This document shows positions 53,301-60,542 of a stretch of 64,000 nt of DNA, in pieces (the stretch's first letter is position 1; every line of letters starts with the position of its first letter). The DNA lies in contig JAIESE010000023.1 in the NCBI GenBank assembly GCA_019746225.1, forward strand, positions 9,117 through 73,116, read 5' to 3'. Both the position numbers and the translations under genes were made by a program. Below the pieces are notes generated by a model. The model was given only the letters and a program-made list of their open reading frames with translations. It did not search any database and was not told where the DNA came from. The DNA comes from Alphaproteobacteria bacterium (GTDB lineage: Bacteria; Pseudomonadota; Alphaproteobacteria; Paracaedibacterales; VGCI01).

Positions 53301-54382
53301 TTTGCACTTTCTGGAATCGTCAGATCATCTTGAAAGTTAACAATGCCGTTTTGGGCTTGAAAATTACCTGTAATGCGGCCGTTTTCCGCATTCACCATAG
53401 CAAGCCCTTGAACTTGAGTGTCGCCATCATCATTGTAAGTTGTAAATGAGCCTTGAAAATGTTCCCCAACCTTAAGACGCCCTTCCCCAGTATTATGCCA
53501 AGCCCCTTTAACCATCAAGGCTTTGACGATATCAACCAAACCAGAGTTTGTTGTGGAAGTTACTTCCCAAGCAGCTTGTCCGAATCTGATCGTTCCCGTA
53601 TTGGTCAGTATTTCTGCTGCCAAGGTCATGGTGTCCGTATTGAACTCCCTATAGTTATCGACTTTTCTTGCCTGAACTCGGCCTTCTCCAATATCAATTT
53701 TGCCGCGTCCCGTGAGAGTATCAATATTAAGAACAGCCATTCCTAATCGCATATTTCCTAGGACTTGTAATGACTTAAGCACGTCCTCAGATACCATGAG
53801 ATCAGATTCAAGACGTGCATCTTTATTAATCTTAAGGCCCTTCAAATTGCTAACTTTGAGTACCTTTGTGAGAGATTGAGCGCCCAATTCATATGTACCA
53901 TTGGCCAAAGACACGAACCCATTTTGGGATTCCACCCGGAAGCCCTGGTTAAGAACTGCATGGCCCGCGAGAACAATATCAATATAATCACGGGCATGAA
54001 GAAGGCTATCCGTCGTAACAGCCCCCCCCAAATTCATAGTCAAGGAATTAAACGAAGGTAAGTTTGAAAGATAGAAATTATGGTGATTGAATCCGCGGAA
54101 ATCGATGTGTCCACCTTGGTTATTCAGCTCGCCAACGACAGTGCCTTTATGGAGCAACTCCACTTGTTCAAAGGGAGCTAAAAAGAGGGTGCCACCATCT
54201 ATAACGAATTCACCCTTATCGTTTTTAAACACCTCACGATGGGATTTAGAAAACGTCTCTTGCTGCTGAAATTTACTAGGGATACGAGAAATCTCAAGGG
54301 TCTCACAAGCCAAAACAACGGGAAGGAATTGGCTATTAATGAAGCTGATCAGCGTTAAGTAGGTGACGAATTTCTTAAACAT
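44360..54382 (-). CDS. Giant (3,340 aa) filamentous-haemagglutinin-like exoprotein with C-terminal HExxH and hydrophobic domains
   Basis: Signal peptide ending VVLA-C; long Gly/Ala/Thr/Val beta-strand repeats; FHA-2-like Ser/Thr-rich region; GHEAYH at 45977-45991; Gly-rich hydrophobic segment at ~44825-45055. Confidence 0.85.
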   Translation of the reverse strand: MFKKFVTYLTLISFINSQFLPVVLACETLEISRIPSKFQQQETFSKSHREVFKNDKGEFVIDGGTLFLAPFEQVELLHKGTVVGELNNQGGHIDFRGFNHHNFYLSNLPSFNSLTMNLGGAVTTDSLLHARDYIDIVLAGHAVLNQGFRVESQNGFVSLANGTYELGAQSLTKVLKVSNLKGLKINKDARLESDLMVSEDVLKSLQVLGNMRLGMAVLNIDTLTGRGKIDIGEGRVQARKVDNYREFNTDTMTLAAEILTNTGTIRFGQAAWEVTSTTNSGLVDIVKALMVKGAWHNTGEGRLKVGEHFQGSFTTYNDDGDTQVQGLAMVNAENGRITGNFQAQNGIVNFQDDLTIPESANFSIQDHFTMHSDHNLQFNGNLFLKFRSDWPAIELSAEVLEQIRSFTPGAFLSATGDLTKGGNITSSNSSIHCSAGGKYEGKGGIVRSGFFEGNNTSISASAAKLADKMQSFNDLTLRAKVAELMGSRQIDGLFDLDVKDLIQHQGDQTKAGMVSGRAENVTLAGKIELARFLALKVVNLFKTEKENEIKGGTVDVNTRRAELDGKVKDGHQQVVAKEDIILGKTFEADVASSHLQGEKIQHQPDSKLVVSETSTEIADKLIETQEGSLVKAATNNLVTQDRISIAGEVESTEKTYLKGKTATVEKTGRIKTKPIEKPEEDESTAEKSKEEAKPKSVKPEEAKTEKVIQGGKTEVDVEDAFYNLGTLSARDHLLRGGNMVYNSGYLDSDESLKVDTKYHFNVFGGQEYAKHAEIYADRANVNFMADFSATTGEINTVVNMNVLGRMRGSSSLKINALLANVAGPGGVFQSNNYTANSPLNLTYYGGTIRDLPEFSSLLGTGEKKGVDYFLGVAGTALSVGNLVCKGAASNVIMGGQLLLGGIGVARSAYTLYNMDNKGDEGNEYRLSRIAKKGGEVLGLGMSAFQTFQGAKNLVSAKQKTQPQPEKPILLWDLKKECRTKDALMSFMGGNTTANSIFSYDGGYNATGSVTRRNLWDYDSSTTVAFTTNVSTRTGSDLGTKYTFRSTALASGDYTIGGDKYVFSDYTVQAGGNVVVENNANLNAASSTVAAEGTMLVKEGATATGERAAFQSTGNMDFAGKSNGTDEASVKSSQGSAIVRSGAEVNSEKSATVTAATTATSEAGSKIEGAVAALVGQTGTTQGGEVVGERIAVGTKASATVVTEKGVLRHVAPEPAPEAKKDSQSAEPTQPQREMTQLATSAPKELTDPISVLGKTVEFRGKLESKTPGVNVLIDAEELAHITATATSELAGKLTIKGAESHFEAKDSFKVGALDNHASKVNTFNGKVNAVGDVKNTSGGTMDFGANAVANGQNVLTQGQGKTTVSGTMNAQEKAQAQSLTEDITLQNGGAVKGGTLASVTGATTATSEAGSKIEGAVTALVGQTGTTQGGEVAGERIAVGTKASATVVTETGVLRHVAPEPTPEAKQDSQSPVPTQETPPTSPEGTDKTEPQEHSEALEVKGKTIDFKGKVIGGTKGVNVLLDAEELAQVLGTAQVNMPGTLFVEGASTAVEKGANLIVESYSQHSAGSTKFAGNVEAEKTIRVIADKGHTDVTADSTIKIKREGYVPPVTHAPVAKDESADNPTPKVIDEAVTIAGGSASVGGNIDTPTGVACHATDGSLLLREDLKVKADGDVYGTATEYLTKEKGSDIAGRNIHYNSDKGTRVNGVSTATVNFSAASNGSVVEESGSRTTVGEEVSFNAGKDMITQQGAEASGKRVFREGETNDFAGVTRATELSSVKARSGSLHIHACADNQAPHHQLHTEGQFFLDPGANIKGNSCSMKGLAIADLPDLMTQTNRYRNFGITDYMFVETNQHVHFNTSQTSASKGFELHTDQITVGPNVNLMAASQLGLYSMKENFTVGAGSTLGAGVFTDIYSGKEVIWQHEKNLTYGTNRYNRGMVTDVAFKGVNFIGGTGVEYEYTDPSTGEKSMRKMGLRIRSEGQAHGVGGNFGAGSDIVIDAGLGFINEGDSQLYVSRQKVNKNKWRTKVKTHFDTEFFTGAISTPGKIVASSENGGFMQRAGIFVAGQGADIITSGSVSLLDMKGKSGHTTVRANKWNPVFDTYDKKTKGLNNTTTFVNQGDSTVRIWSTNGDVNAPGLRYVGAKGDLSMMGHNLYLDRRKLNNSSSSISTKVSYDYSLLTQWKSLNALQASKDLVHDLNQGDYIEGVAHAADPSLTIGIDRVFSDRQWQTLGPGSILTNGLTLDFTNDIHQRNGYGITALGDAHISAERYFQTGAKLKGSSNTTSVGIYGSANSQDATAGVRFSQSKTETTRWVPAVTNVNGTLYINVGKLNQDAGILNAGKASGHIGEVKSRTRQDTSKTTSMGFSIDYKGSFSGYFSKKKSREATHTAGLFIDEAGEDFSIGSAHLRGAKIYLKSDNGANIGPVHSKGLPEEYRNRGYTVGYSGNFEKMGSDTQYYGTATVGVSNNGHEVSASIALKNPDAPKDPKAPLQLFDFVGTATYRNTDKGINITTPIVTGVNPEAWDEFGKDAGELGVKIADGASKTMDTVKEFAHDVAEVSGKVVDKIVDGARDVWDALTPTPQPVTSEVVASTPVPYQPMVGPFPSPVPGSFAYSGFGDVTFQNTPHRTESLLSEHPTSANQNGDSARGSGSSQPQVPQAPTSPFDQSPFIMGGGSALLAGMVPMLNSMGTPLNVGGASFSHIISGTKIYVQDPSLLSTVQNTYKSLSDHPSVYAQRGRVALNDPRLSAFFYNSGHTPKGVLGSHVPLGNNGQKGILIAGLSNHPNYPVHSVLGHEAYHWYLDLMSGGQSLIPGFVPGNPGQTYQNMGLLLNSFSQDMQARGITSSSFQPRSVEEHIMFHETWGYFHRNLNASGLPSPLAMSAENAILKGSPLCTNIINFQNSGLINKGNRGQYVATMQAEMELASEIPALLTNTELLRLENAGIGKTLCPRTVEALEYFETQTPNGSRGPLNKSTLWEFGSSGPSTGHDLVGGKSFVLPQGSNAYTIGTGNALIPESYPVIYSNSGAGNALVLRTYPLRYSNYGNLSSGTGNALIPQYKGPFSNPHVEVLSSTGPKSLGYKSPITIDMKVNPISGVWEQAPVGSSGWKTGLKALPLVGFGIDAAVQHWGHGHDFPDSFAKATINTGVGAVVYGGVTTGIAMAASLPVALTVTGLDFAAGFIPDYSDRKIINKLEERQRAIDEHDANQYLISTIEARNMIEGRALKTVLTVPSQLFRLGVEKFNDTFPTVEPRVSAYFDSVGADVKNDTNAVLNGTRMIIGMDPIYTVKTDAELKQENDAFLTQKLRDVEVKLYLQEVDKRSAQTQQQIETLMNAYK
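49971..50920 (-). repeat. Near-identical 209-bp direct repeat (49971-50179 and 50712-50920, period 741 bp) inside the giant gene
   Basis: Both copies encode ATTATSEAGSKIEGAVxALVGQTGTTQGGEVxGERIAVGTKASATVVTExGVLRHVAPEPxPEAKxDSQS. Confidence 0.95.
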
Positions 54383-54406
54383 TTGACGATCCTTGAGTTG
54401 GGTCAG

Positions 54407-57163
54407 TTAGTTGACGAATTCAATAGTTACAGGTTCAAGTTTTTCTTTTGCCGCCTCGCGCAAGTTGTTAATTGTGGTTTGAGTCCATTCTGTGTATTTA
54501 AAAACCCCCCCAAGTTGTAGGGTGAGTCGACGTAGATTCGGTATCTGAGCCAAATTCTGACATGTCCAATTATAGTGCACGCCTTGTTCTCCATTTAAAT
54601 CACCAAAAGTTACGACAAGTGCTACGATAAAGGGAGACAAAGCCGTAATGCCAAGCGCATGAACAAAATCACGTGGTCCTTCAATTGAGCTCCAATCTTC
54701 CATAATTCGACTCCCAACTTCAAAGCCACCGCTAACCCAATAGGGCATAGGGAGCTTCACTTCATGCAATTCGAGCTTAGTCGTCAAAGCTTTTGCTAAA
54801 TGGTGCATTTGCTTATTATAAAGATCCGAATTGAGCACATTGATAGATCGCAATTTTGTCATTTGGGCAACAATTTCCGTAAATGATTTACCGAAGCAGC
54901 CTAACTTTACCACACCAAAAAAATCCAAATTGAGAAGGGTAGACGCGTTCAACTTTAGCCCTTCAAAAAAATCCCAGGCACTGGGAAATGCGCCGTTTTC
55001 ATTTCCCAATGCTAAATCACGAACCTCCAACTCTTCTAATCCTCTCAATTTTTTTACGATATCTCGTATTTGGGAATCAGTAATCCCTGATTTTCTGAAG
55101 GGTTGACTCAAGAACTGCTTAAGATGAATCAGGTGGATCTGTCCTTCTCCAACCAACTCTTTTGATCCTGCTTTTCCGTCTATAGTCTTTCCATAATCGT
55201 TAAGAAATGTAAACAACTCAGCCGAAGGGGGGAGATTCGAATCTCTAAAGTCAAGCTCTGTTAGATTTGGATTTCCCCGAATCATGTTCATGAGCGTCGG
55301 AACTTCATTGGTGAAATCGATACCAGAAAACACAAAAGATGTCGGCTGAAAGGAGGGCACTTTTTTGAAGGGAAGGACTCGTGGCTGCCCCTCCTTCTCG
55401 ATAACCAATTTTCCATCTGTGGTTGTTACTTTTCTTCCATGTTGTGCTAAAAGAATGAGTAGCTCTACAGAATGAGGCAGTGTAGATTCAGTTAAATCTA
55501 GCTCCCTTAAATTTGGACTTCCATTGATAAGGGTCATTAATAATGTTCGTTGAGTCAAATCTGAAAAATCAAATTTCCTAAGGATCACGGATATAGGTTC
55601 CCATGCAGGAAGACCTGAGTTGTTTTTGATAAGTGACCCCAATTGCCAATTTTTATCCCGATCCCAAATAGAAGGGATCGGACTACAATATAAATCAATC
55701 CTGTTCAAGCGTACCTTTGGTACGTTCCACAATAGGCAAAAGGCATTATAATCTAAAGTTACCTGGTCAAAGAAGACTTCATCAGCATCGACTTTCCCTA
55801 TACCTGCACTTTTCGTTAATTGCCACAGACGATCACTTACAGACTTCTGTTCAACATCACTCTTCCCTTCAAGCCGAACGTGAACATGAACCTGCATATT
55901 GTCCGTAGTCCGGCGTGGAGTCCCAAACCTAAAATGTTTCAGACTTTCTGTCAGGGGTGGCATATCCTTTTCTTCCATCCGGAGCAATATCTCGGTTAAA
56001 TCAGCTGCCCCTTTCAATGAGCTATCTTTGAGTTTCATCTTGAGGGTCTGTGAAGGCGATTCCGCTTCAACCCAGAATAACGTGTCACCTTCTATCCCAT
56101 TCAATCGATAATAACCCTCTTTAAAAGAACCTCCTGAGGTCGTCGTATCTTTTGGCAAAAGCAATGGATAGTTTGTTTTTGTCAAGACTTGCAGGCAAAC
56201 ATCTGCATCAGTGAGCTTTTCAGGAACGTATCCCTCTTCCCCTTTATTAAGAAGGACGCAAGGTGTCATTGTCGATTCAGTTAACCGTGTTAAGAAAAAG
56301 GTCTTGCTGTCGCTTGAATAATAGATAAAGGAGGTATCTTGGTGCACAACTGAGGCGACCTCATAATACTTACCCAGATAGTCCTGAAGAGCACCAGACT
56401 TGGCATTTAACACAAGGGAACACGGTTGGCCACGTTCCTCAGACGGATAGTTTTTAGGACACTCAATTTTATTTGTTCTTGCCCAATCCGCCTGTTGACT
56501 CGGAATATGTTTCCAAACAACAGACTCCACTTTTCTTAGTTTATGTTGAGCATCCAGAAATAATACGGTTAACAGATCTCTTCTGACAGGTTCGTGATCA
56601 AAGCTATGAGCAAGCATTCGAGACCTTTGACCATCTTCAAATCCATAGGGAATGAACACGAAAGAACGAGGTGGATTTTGGCAAGGCTCAATTTCCTCTT
56701 TGAAGAATTTAATCGAGCGATCTCGACTCAATGTGAGAACGGGCGGACAGTTGCACTGTTCCAGAAATTCCTCTCTATTCTTATTCCAAACAAACTCTTG
56801 CCCAAGGCAAAGATTTTTCTTATTTAATTCAGCCACGTACTTTTCTAGTGTTTGGGACGGTGCATAAGGACAGTTGAGATCTATTTTTGGGGGTTCTGGT
56901 GTAAAAGAGGCTTCAATTGTTTCTTCATGAGATCTTCCATCCCAATTATATATGAATTTTATCCGTGCCTTGTTGGCTTCTATATTTTCTAAACTAAGAG
57001 AAAAGGTGGTTTCACCCAATACGAATGTATTGTTACCTTTATATTCATAGATCTTTGTTCCCAATTTCAAGTCCATGATCTGGATCGCGCTACGGTCTGA
57101 AGCAAGAATTTGAACAGATTCTATTGCCCAGAAAACAAAGAATAATGACAGGAGTCTCTTCAT
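54407..57163 (-). CDS. Secreted protein with C-terminal leucine-rich repeats
   Basis: Signal peptide; NLRELDLTES, NLTELDFRDS, LEELEVRDL and LRSINVLNS; stop lies 24 bp upstream of the giant gene start. Confidence 0.8.
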   Translation of the reverse strand: MKRLLSLFFVFWAIESVQILASDRSAIQIMDLKLGTKIYEYKGNNTFVLGETTFSLSLENIEANKARIKFIYNWDGRSHEETIEASFTPEPPKIDLNCPYAPSQTLEKYVAELNKKNLCLGQEFVWNKNREEFLEQCNCPPVLTLSRDRSIKFFKEEIEPCQNPPRSFVFIPYGFEDGQRSRMLAHSFDHEPVRRDLLTVLFLDAQHKLRKVESVVWKHIPSQQADWARTNKIECPKNYPSEERGQPCSLVLNAKSGALQDYLGKYYEVASVVHQDTSFIYYSSDSKTFFLTRLTESTMTPCVLLNKGEEGYVPEKLTDADVCLQVLTKTNYPLLLPKDTTTSGGSFKEGYYRLNGIEGDTLFWVEAESPSQTLKMKLKDSSLKGAADLTEILLRMEEKDMPPLTESLKHFRFGTPRRTTDNMQVHVHVRLEGKSDVEQKSVSDRLWQLTKSAGIGKVDADEVFFDQVTLDYNAFCLLWNVPKVRLNRIDLYCSPIPSIWDRDKNWQLGSLIKNNSGLPAWEPISVILRKFDFSDLTQRTLLMTLINGSPNLRELDLTESTLPHSVELLILLAQHGRKVTTTDGKLVIEKEGQPRVLPFKKVPSFQPTSFVFSGIDFTNEVPTLMNMIRGNPNLTELDFRDSNLPPSAELFTFLNDYGKTIDGKAGSKELVGEGQIHLIHLKQFLSQPFRKSGITDSQIRDIVKKLRGLEELEVRDLALGNENGAFPSAWDFFEGLKLNASTLLNLDFFGVVKLGCFGKSFTEIVAQMTKLRSINVLNSDLYNKQMHHLAKALTTKLELHEVKLPMPYWVSGGFEVGSRIMEDWSSIEGPRDFVHALGITALSPFIVALVVTFGDLNGEQGVHYNWTCQNLAQIPNLRRLTLQLGGVFKYTEWTQTTINNLREAAKEKLEPVTIEFVN

Positions 57164-57364
57164 ATTTACCTCATATCAAAATTTGGATAACTGTTATATT
57201 ACAGCAGCTTTCTGGTATATGCCTTTGCACTAGTCATGTCAATTATAAATTCCTTATAAATTCAAAATGTCGCAAAATAGTTTTGACAATATTACCAAAC
57301 AAATAGATCTGGGATAGAGCAGTTGAGCAATTGTGTAAGTCAATTTTAGATAATGGATAATAGG

Positions 57365-57761
57365 ATGATTTTCAAAACGAAAAAGCATACAAACACCATA
57401 ATGTTAGGCCTGATTAGTTCAGTTGTTGTGGCAATGACTTCTTTTGCAAGCTCTCATGTAAATGAGGACCAACCTTCAGACACCCTTGTGTCAATATCGC
57501 CTCATGCGCAATTTAGGTGAGGTTCAGATATAATAATTGCCAGGTTCCTTAATAACTGCTGATTAGGGTGTGACGATATCTGCTGGCAGGGGTATTCACT
57601 TTAATGGGAAACTCGAAACGCCTGGCGGCATCATTGGACCTGATATCTCTATAAATGCAGACAGGATCACAGCAATAAATAGTATCATTACCATTGAAGG
57701 ACTTAGAACTTTCGAGAATTATGGAAACATCACCGCAGAAGCGATGGTGATTATGGAATAA
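57365..57761 (+). pseudogene. Degraded small secreted haemagglutinin-repeat-like gene
   Basis: Signal MIFKTKK...TSFA-SS. TGA at 57518, a 1-nt frameshift near 57535 and TAG at 57564 interrupt a reconstructable PHAQFR*GSDIILPGSLITAD*GVTISAGRGIHFNGKLETPG. Confidence 0.6.
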
Positions 57762-57778
57762 TCCGATGAATGTCGAGA

Positions 57779-58555
57779 CTAATGTTCAACCACACAACCA
57801 CGTTCTTGACACTTCTCTACGAACCCCAAAACCGCCTCCTCAGACGTTACATTATCTTTGATATTAACATAAGTGAGGTGTAGGAACCTAGAAAGAGTAA
57901 ATAATGCTTTATCTCCGAGGTTGCAAGAATTCAGATATACCTTCTTTAAGGAGGCCATATTTTGCAGCATATAGAGAACTCCGAAGTCATCGACGGAAGT
58001 TTCTCCACACACAAGGATTGCTAAATTGGTTGCCTTTAGGGAGGTAAGTGCCTCAGATGTCACGTAATTGTTGGAAATATTAAGGTATAAGTATGGGAAT
58101 GGTGGCAGTTTTGTTATCATATCGTTCGTAAGGTCGGTATTTTCTAATGACAACCAAATAATATTAGGAAAAGCTTCTAACTGCACAAGGTCCTCAGCTT
58201 TTAAGATATTATCCGACAAATCTAAACCAACCATTCTGGGTTGAAACTTTGCCAAACGCTGCCTCGCGGGAACGTCGTTGAGCCACATCTTATTTCTTGA
58301 TAGATTTAAGATCACAGGGCCCTCCCCTATGGTCTCGTATTGGGCAAGTAATTCATCAGGGGTTAAGTAAAATGCTATTTCATTTGAAGGAAGAGAAATT
58401 GTTGATAAGTATGAAGCAAGCGCCCTCTTTTTAGATCTGTTTTTCCCGTCACCATTTTTGAAACATTCTTCAAGTGAAGAAGAAGCGTTTGTGGAGGGAA
58501 TGGTGTTGCAAAAGGAAATGAATATAGTGAAAATAATGCCTAACCAAAACTTCAT
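57779..58555 (-). CDS. Secreted leucine-rich repeat protein
   Basis: Signal peptide; LNLSRN, LDLSDN, LSLENT, LNISNN and VYLNSCNL repeats. Confidence 0.88.
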   Translation of the reverse strand: MKFWLGIIFTIFISFCNTIPSTNASSSLEECFKNGDGKNRSKKRALASYLSTISLPSNEIAFYLTPDELLAQYETIGEGPVILNLSRNKMWLNDVPARQRLAKFQPRMVGLDLSDNILKAEDLVQLEAFPNIIWLSLENTDLTNDMITKLPPFPYLYLNISNNYVTSEALTSLKATNLAILVCGETSVDDFGVLYMLQNMASLKKVYLNSCNLGDKALFTLSRFLHLTYVNIKDNVTSEEAVLGFVEKCQERGCVVEH

Positions 58556-58738
58556 AACGTATGCTCCTAAATAATAGTTTTTTTGAAAATTATAAGGTTA
58601 ACATATGTTTTTCTTCAAATTGATGCAAGGGCAATAGAGGAGAAAAGAAAACGAACTTAAATCCAGTTTCTTGGCAGCCCAAGCACACCCGTTATCGGAT
58701 TTTGGCCAACATTGTTTAGAGCTTCGACGAATCTTTGC

Positions 58739-60148
58739 TTAAATCAATTTAAAAAAGACGAGAACAAATTGTAGAAAAGCAATAACACTGGGCCAAAAGG
58801 CGAGGATTAAGGGGGTCTGAAGGTGAGAAGTGGATTCCGCTTGGGCTCCTAAAATAGTAAATTGAGATATATCATAGTGATCTGGGTGATAATCGGATGT
58901 AGGAACAGGGCCACAAGGTGCTAATTTCAAGGCTTTGTATTGACAACAAGATGGATCTGAAGACAAGGTATAGTTTGACTGAGCCATCATCTGATTATAG
59001 GCATTAATGCTATAAGTTGAACTGTGACTGAAAGGTCCATACTGACTTGTCAAAAGCATTTTGGAATATAAAAAATAAGCTATACTCACTCCCGTTAGAA
59101 GGCCCATGGTTATCAGAATTCTTGTTTTGCTTCTTGCCTTGGCGCGTTCAGGACGCCCCTGAACAAAGGCAATACCTTGCGATACAGTCTTTTTTAAATC
59201 AGGACGAAAACACGCGTCGTTAAAAGGACGATTCACGGGTATTTGAATGACCATAAAGTATATCGTGCTTGCCAAGATTGGAACCATCGTGATGCCCGTC
59301 AAAATCCCCTTATCAAGATAACCATAAGAAGTGGCCATCGTATTGCGTTCACTGAATATAGGGACAAAATAGGGGCTTTTACAATGACCGGGGACTCTGG
59401 CTGGCATGAGCGCCCATTCCCCGATGATTGAGCCAGTAACAGCAAAAAAAGCACTAAAAAGAAACAAATTTCGAAGAGGACAGGTGTCTGAATAAAAATA
59501 CCAAAATTGGTAGGCCCTTAACTTTTCTGCCCAAGTGTCCTCCACTATGGGTATGTGATATTTTGAGGCAAGAGAATAAAAGTCCTTTCGGTCAGCCCAC
59601 TTCAAACCGTAGCGTAATTGAGCCAATACCTTGATTCTCTCACATATAGCTCTATGATAGGCTACCCTCATCCCATCTCTTACGGTATCCAATTTTCCGT
59701 TAAGCCGATAAATGGCAGCTAAATATTTTTTTAAAGGGAGGCCCAATCCCATTTCAGGGTTCAAATCAATCTCATCACCAAATATAACGCGGGCAACGAC
59801 TTGAGAAAAAAACAGATTGGTCAGTCGTAGAGAATATTGGTCAACCCTTGGGAGTCGCTTTGTAACGAGATACCAAACATCTTCTGAAACATCATCCCAC
59901 TTTTTGGTTGGGGGTTCCGATAACTGTGCAAGTTGTTCTGCTCGTTTCAAACATTCTTGTGAAAGAAGGTCCACAACAATTTGTTTCCTTTCGCCCTTCT
60001 CAAGAAAATCATAATCGGCATCTACAAACTGCCCCCCCTTATAAGGTTTCATTTCTATATCTTGAACTTCTTCCATAGATTGCAAGGCACCTTGTGTTGC
60101 AAAAAAGAGCATAAAAACAAGAATGATTGTAGAAAAAAGATTGTGCAT
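58739..60148 (-). CDS. Secreted/membrane protein with F-box-like motif
   Basis: Signal ending LQS-ME; WDDVSEDVWYLVTKRLPRVDQYSLRLTNLFF F-box-like pattern; 3-4 downstream hydrophobic helices. Confidence 0.7.
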   Translation of the reverse strand: MHNLFSTIILVFMLFFATQGALQSMEEVQDIEMKPYKGGQFVDADYDFLEKGERKQIVVDLLSQECLKRAEQLAQLSEPPTKKWDDVSEDVWYLVTKRLPRVDQYSLRLTNLFFSQVVARVIFGDEIDLNPEMGLGLPLKKYLAAIYRLNGKLDTVRDGMRVAYHRAICERIKVLAQLRYGLKWADRKDFYSLASKYHIPIVEDTWAEKLRAYQFWYFYSDTCPLRNLFLFSAFFAVTGSIIGEWALMPARVPGHCKSPYFVPIFSERNTMATSYGYLDKGILTGITMVPILASTIYFMVIQIPVNRPFNDACFRPDLKKTVSQGIAFVQGRPERAKARSKTRILITMGLLTGVSIAYFLYSKMLLTSQYGPFSHSSTYSINAYNQMMAQSNYTLSSDPSCCQYKALKLAPCGPVPTSDYHPDHYDISQFTILGAQAESTSHLQTPLILAFWPSVIAFLQFVLVFFKLI

Positions 60149-60161
60149 CAACGATACTTTT

Positions 60162-60179
60162 ATTACTTATATAAGTAAT
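60162..60179. promoter_or_regulatory. Perfect 18-bp palindrome ATTACTTATATAAGTAAT
   Basis: Seen directly, 13 bp upstream of ATG 60148. Confidence 0.4.
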
Positions 60180-60542
60180 TCCTATATACAACGAGACTAC
60201 TCCAACAGTCAAATAACCCGTACAAGTTCACAAACTCTTGGTAATGCGTTAATAATAATTAGACCACCAACAAATACCATCCTATATGAATATAGAAAAA
60301 CTTTTCATAAAGTACCAATTATGTTATATATAGTGCGTTTGAAAGTCCTTTGGAAACAGCACAAGGGTCTACTTGGAAACGACAGAGCATTAATTTCATA
60401 GTAAACAGCCCCCCCACCAAATCTTCACAATCCATGGGAAACTTGTTCCTGCTGAGTCTTTACGTCACAAAATCGAGAATGATCTCCATGAGACGTGACG
60501 TGTGGCCCTTGGAATTGAAGACACTGGGGGGTTGAAACCTCC

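Noticed and set aside
60209-60308. Possible eroded signal-peptide gene (MKSFSIFI / MVFVGGLIIINA after a frameshift)
   Set aside because: Too short, and it requires an arbitrary repair.
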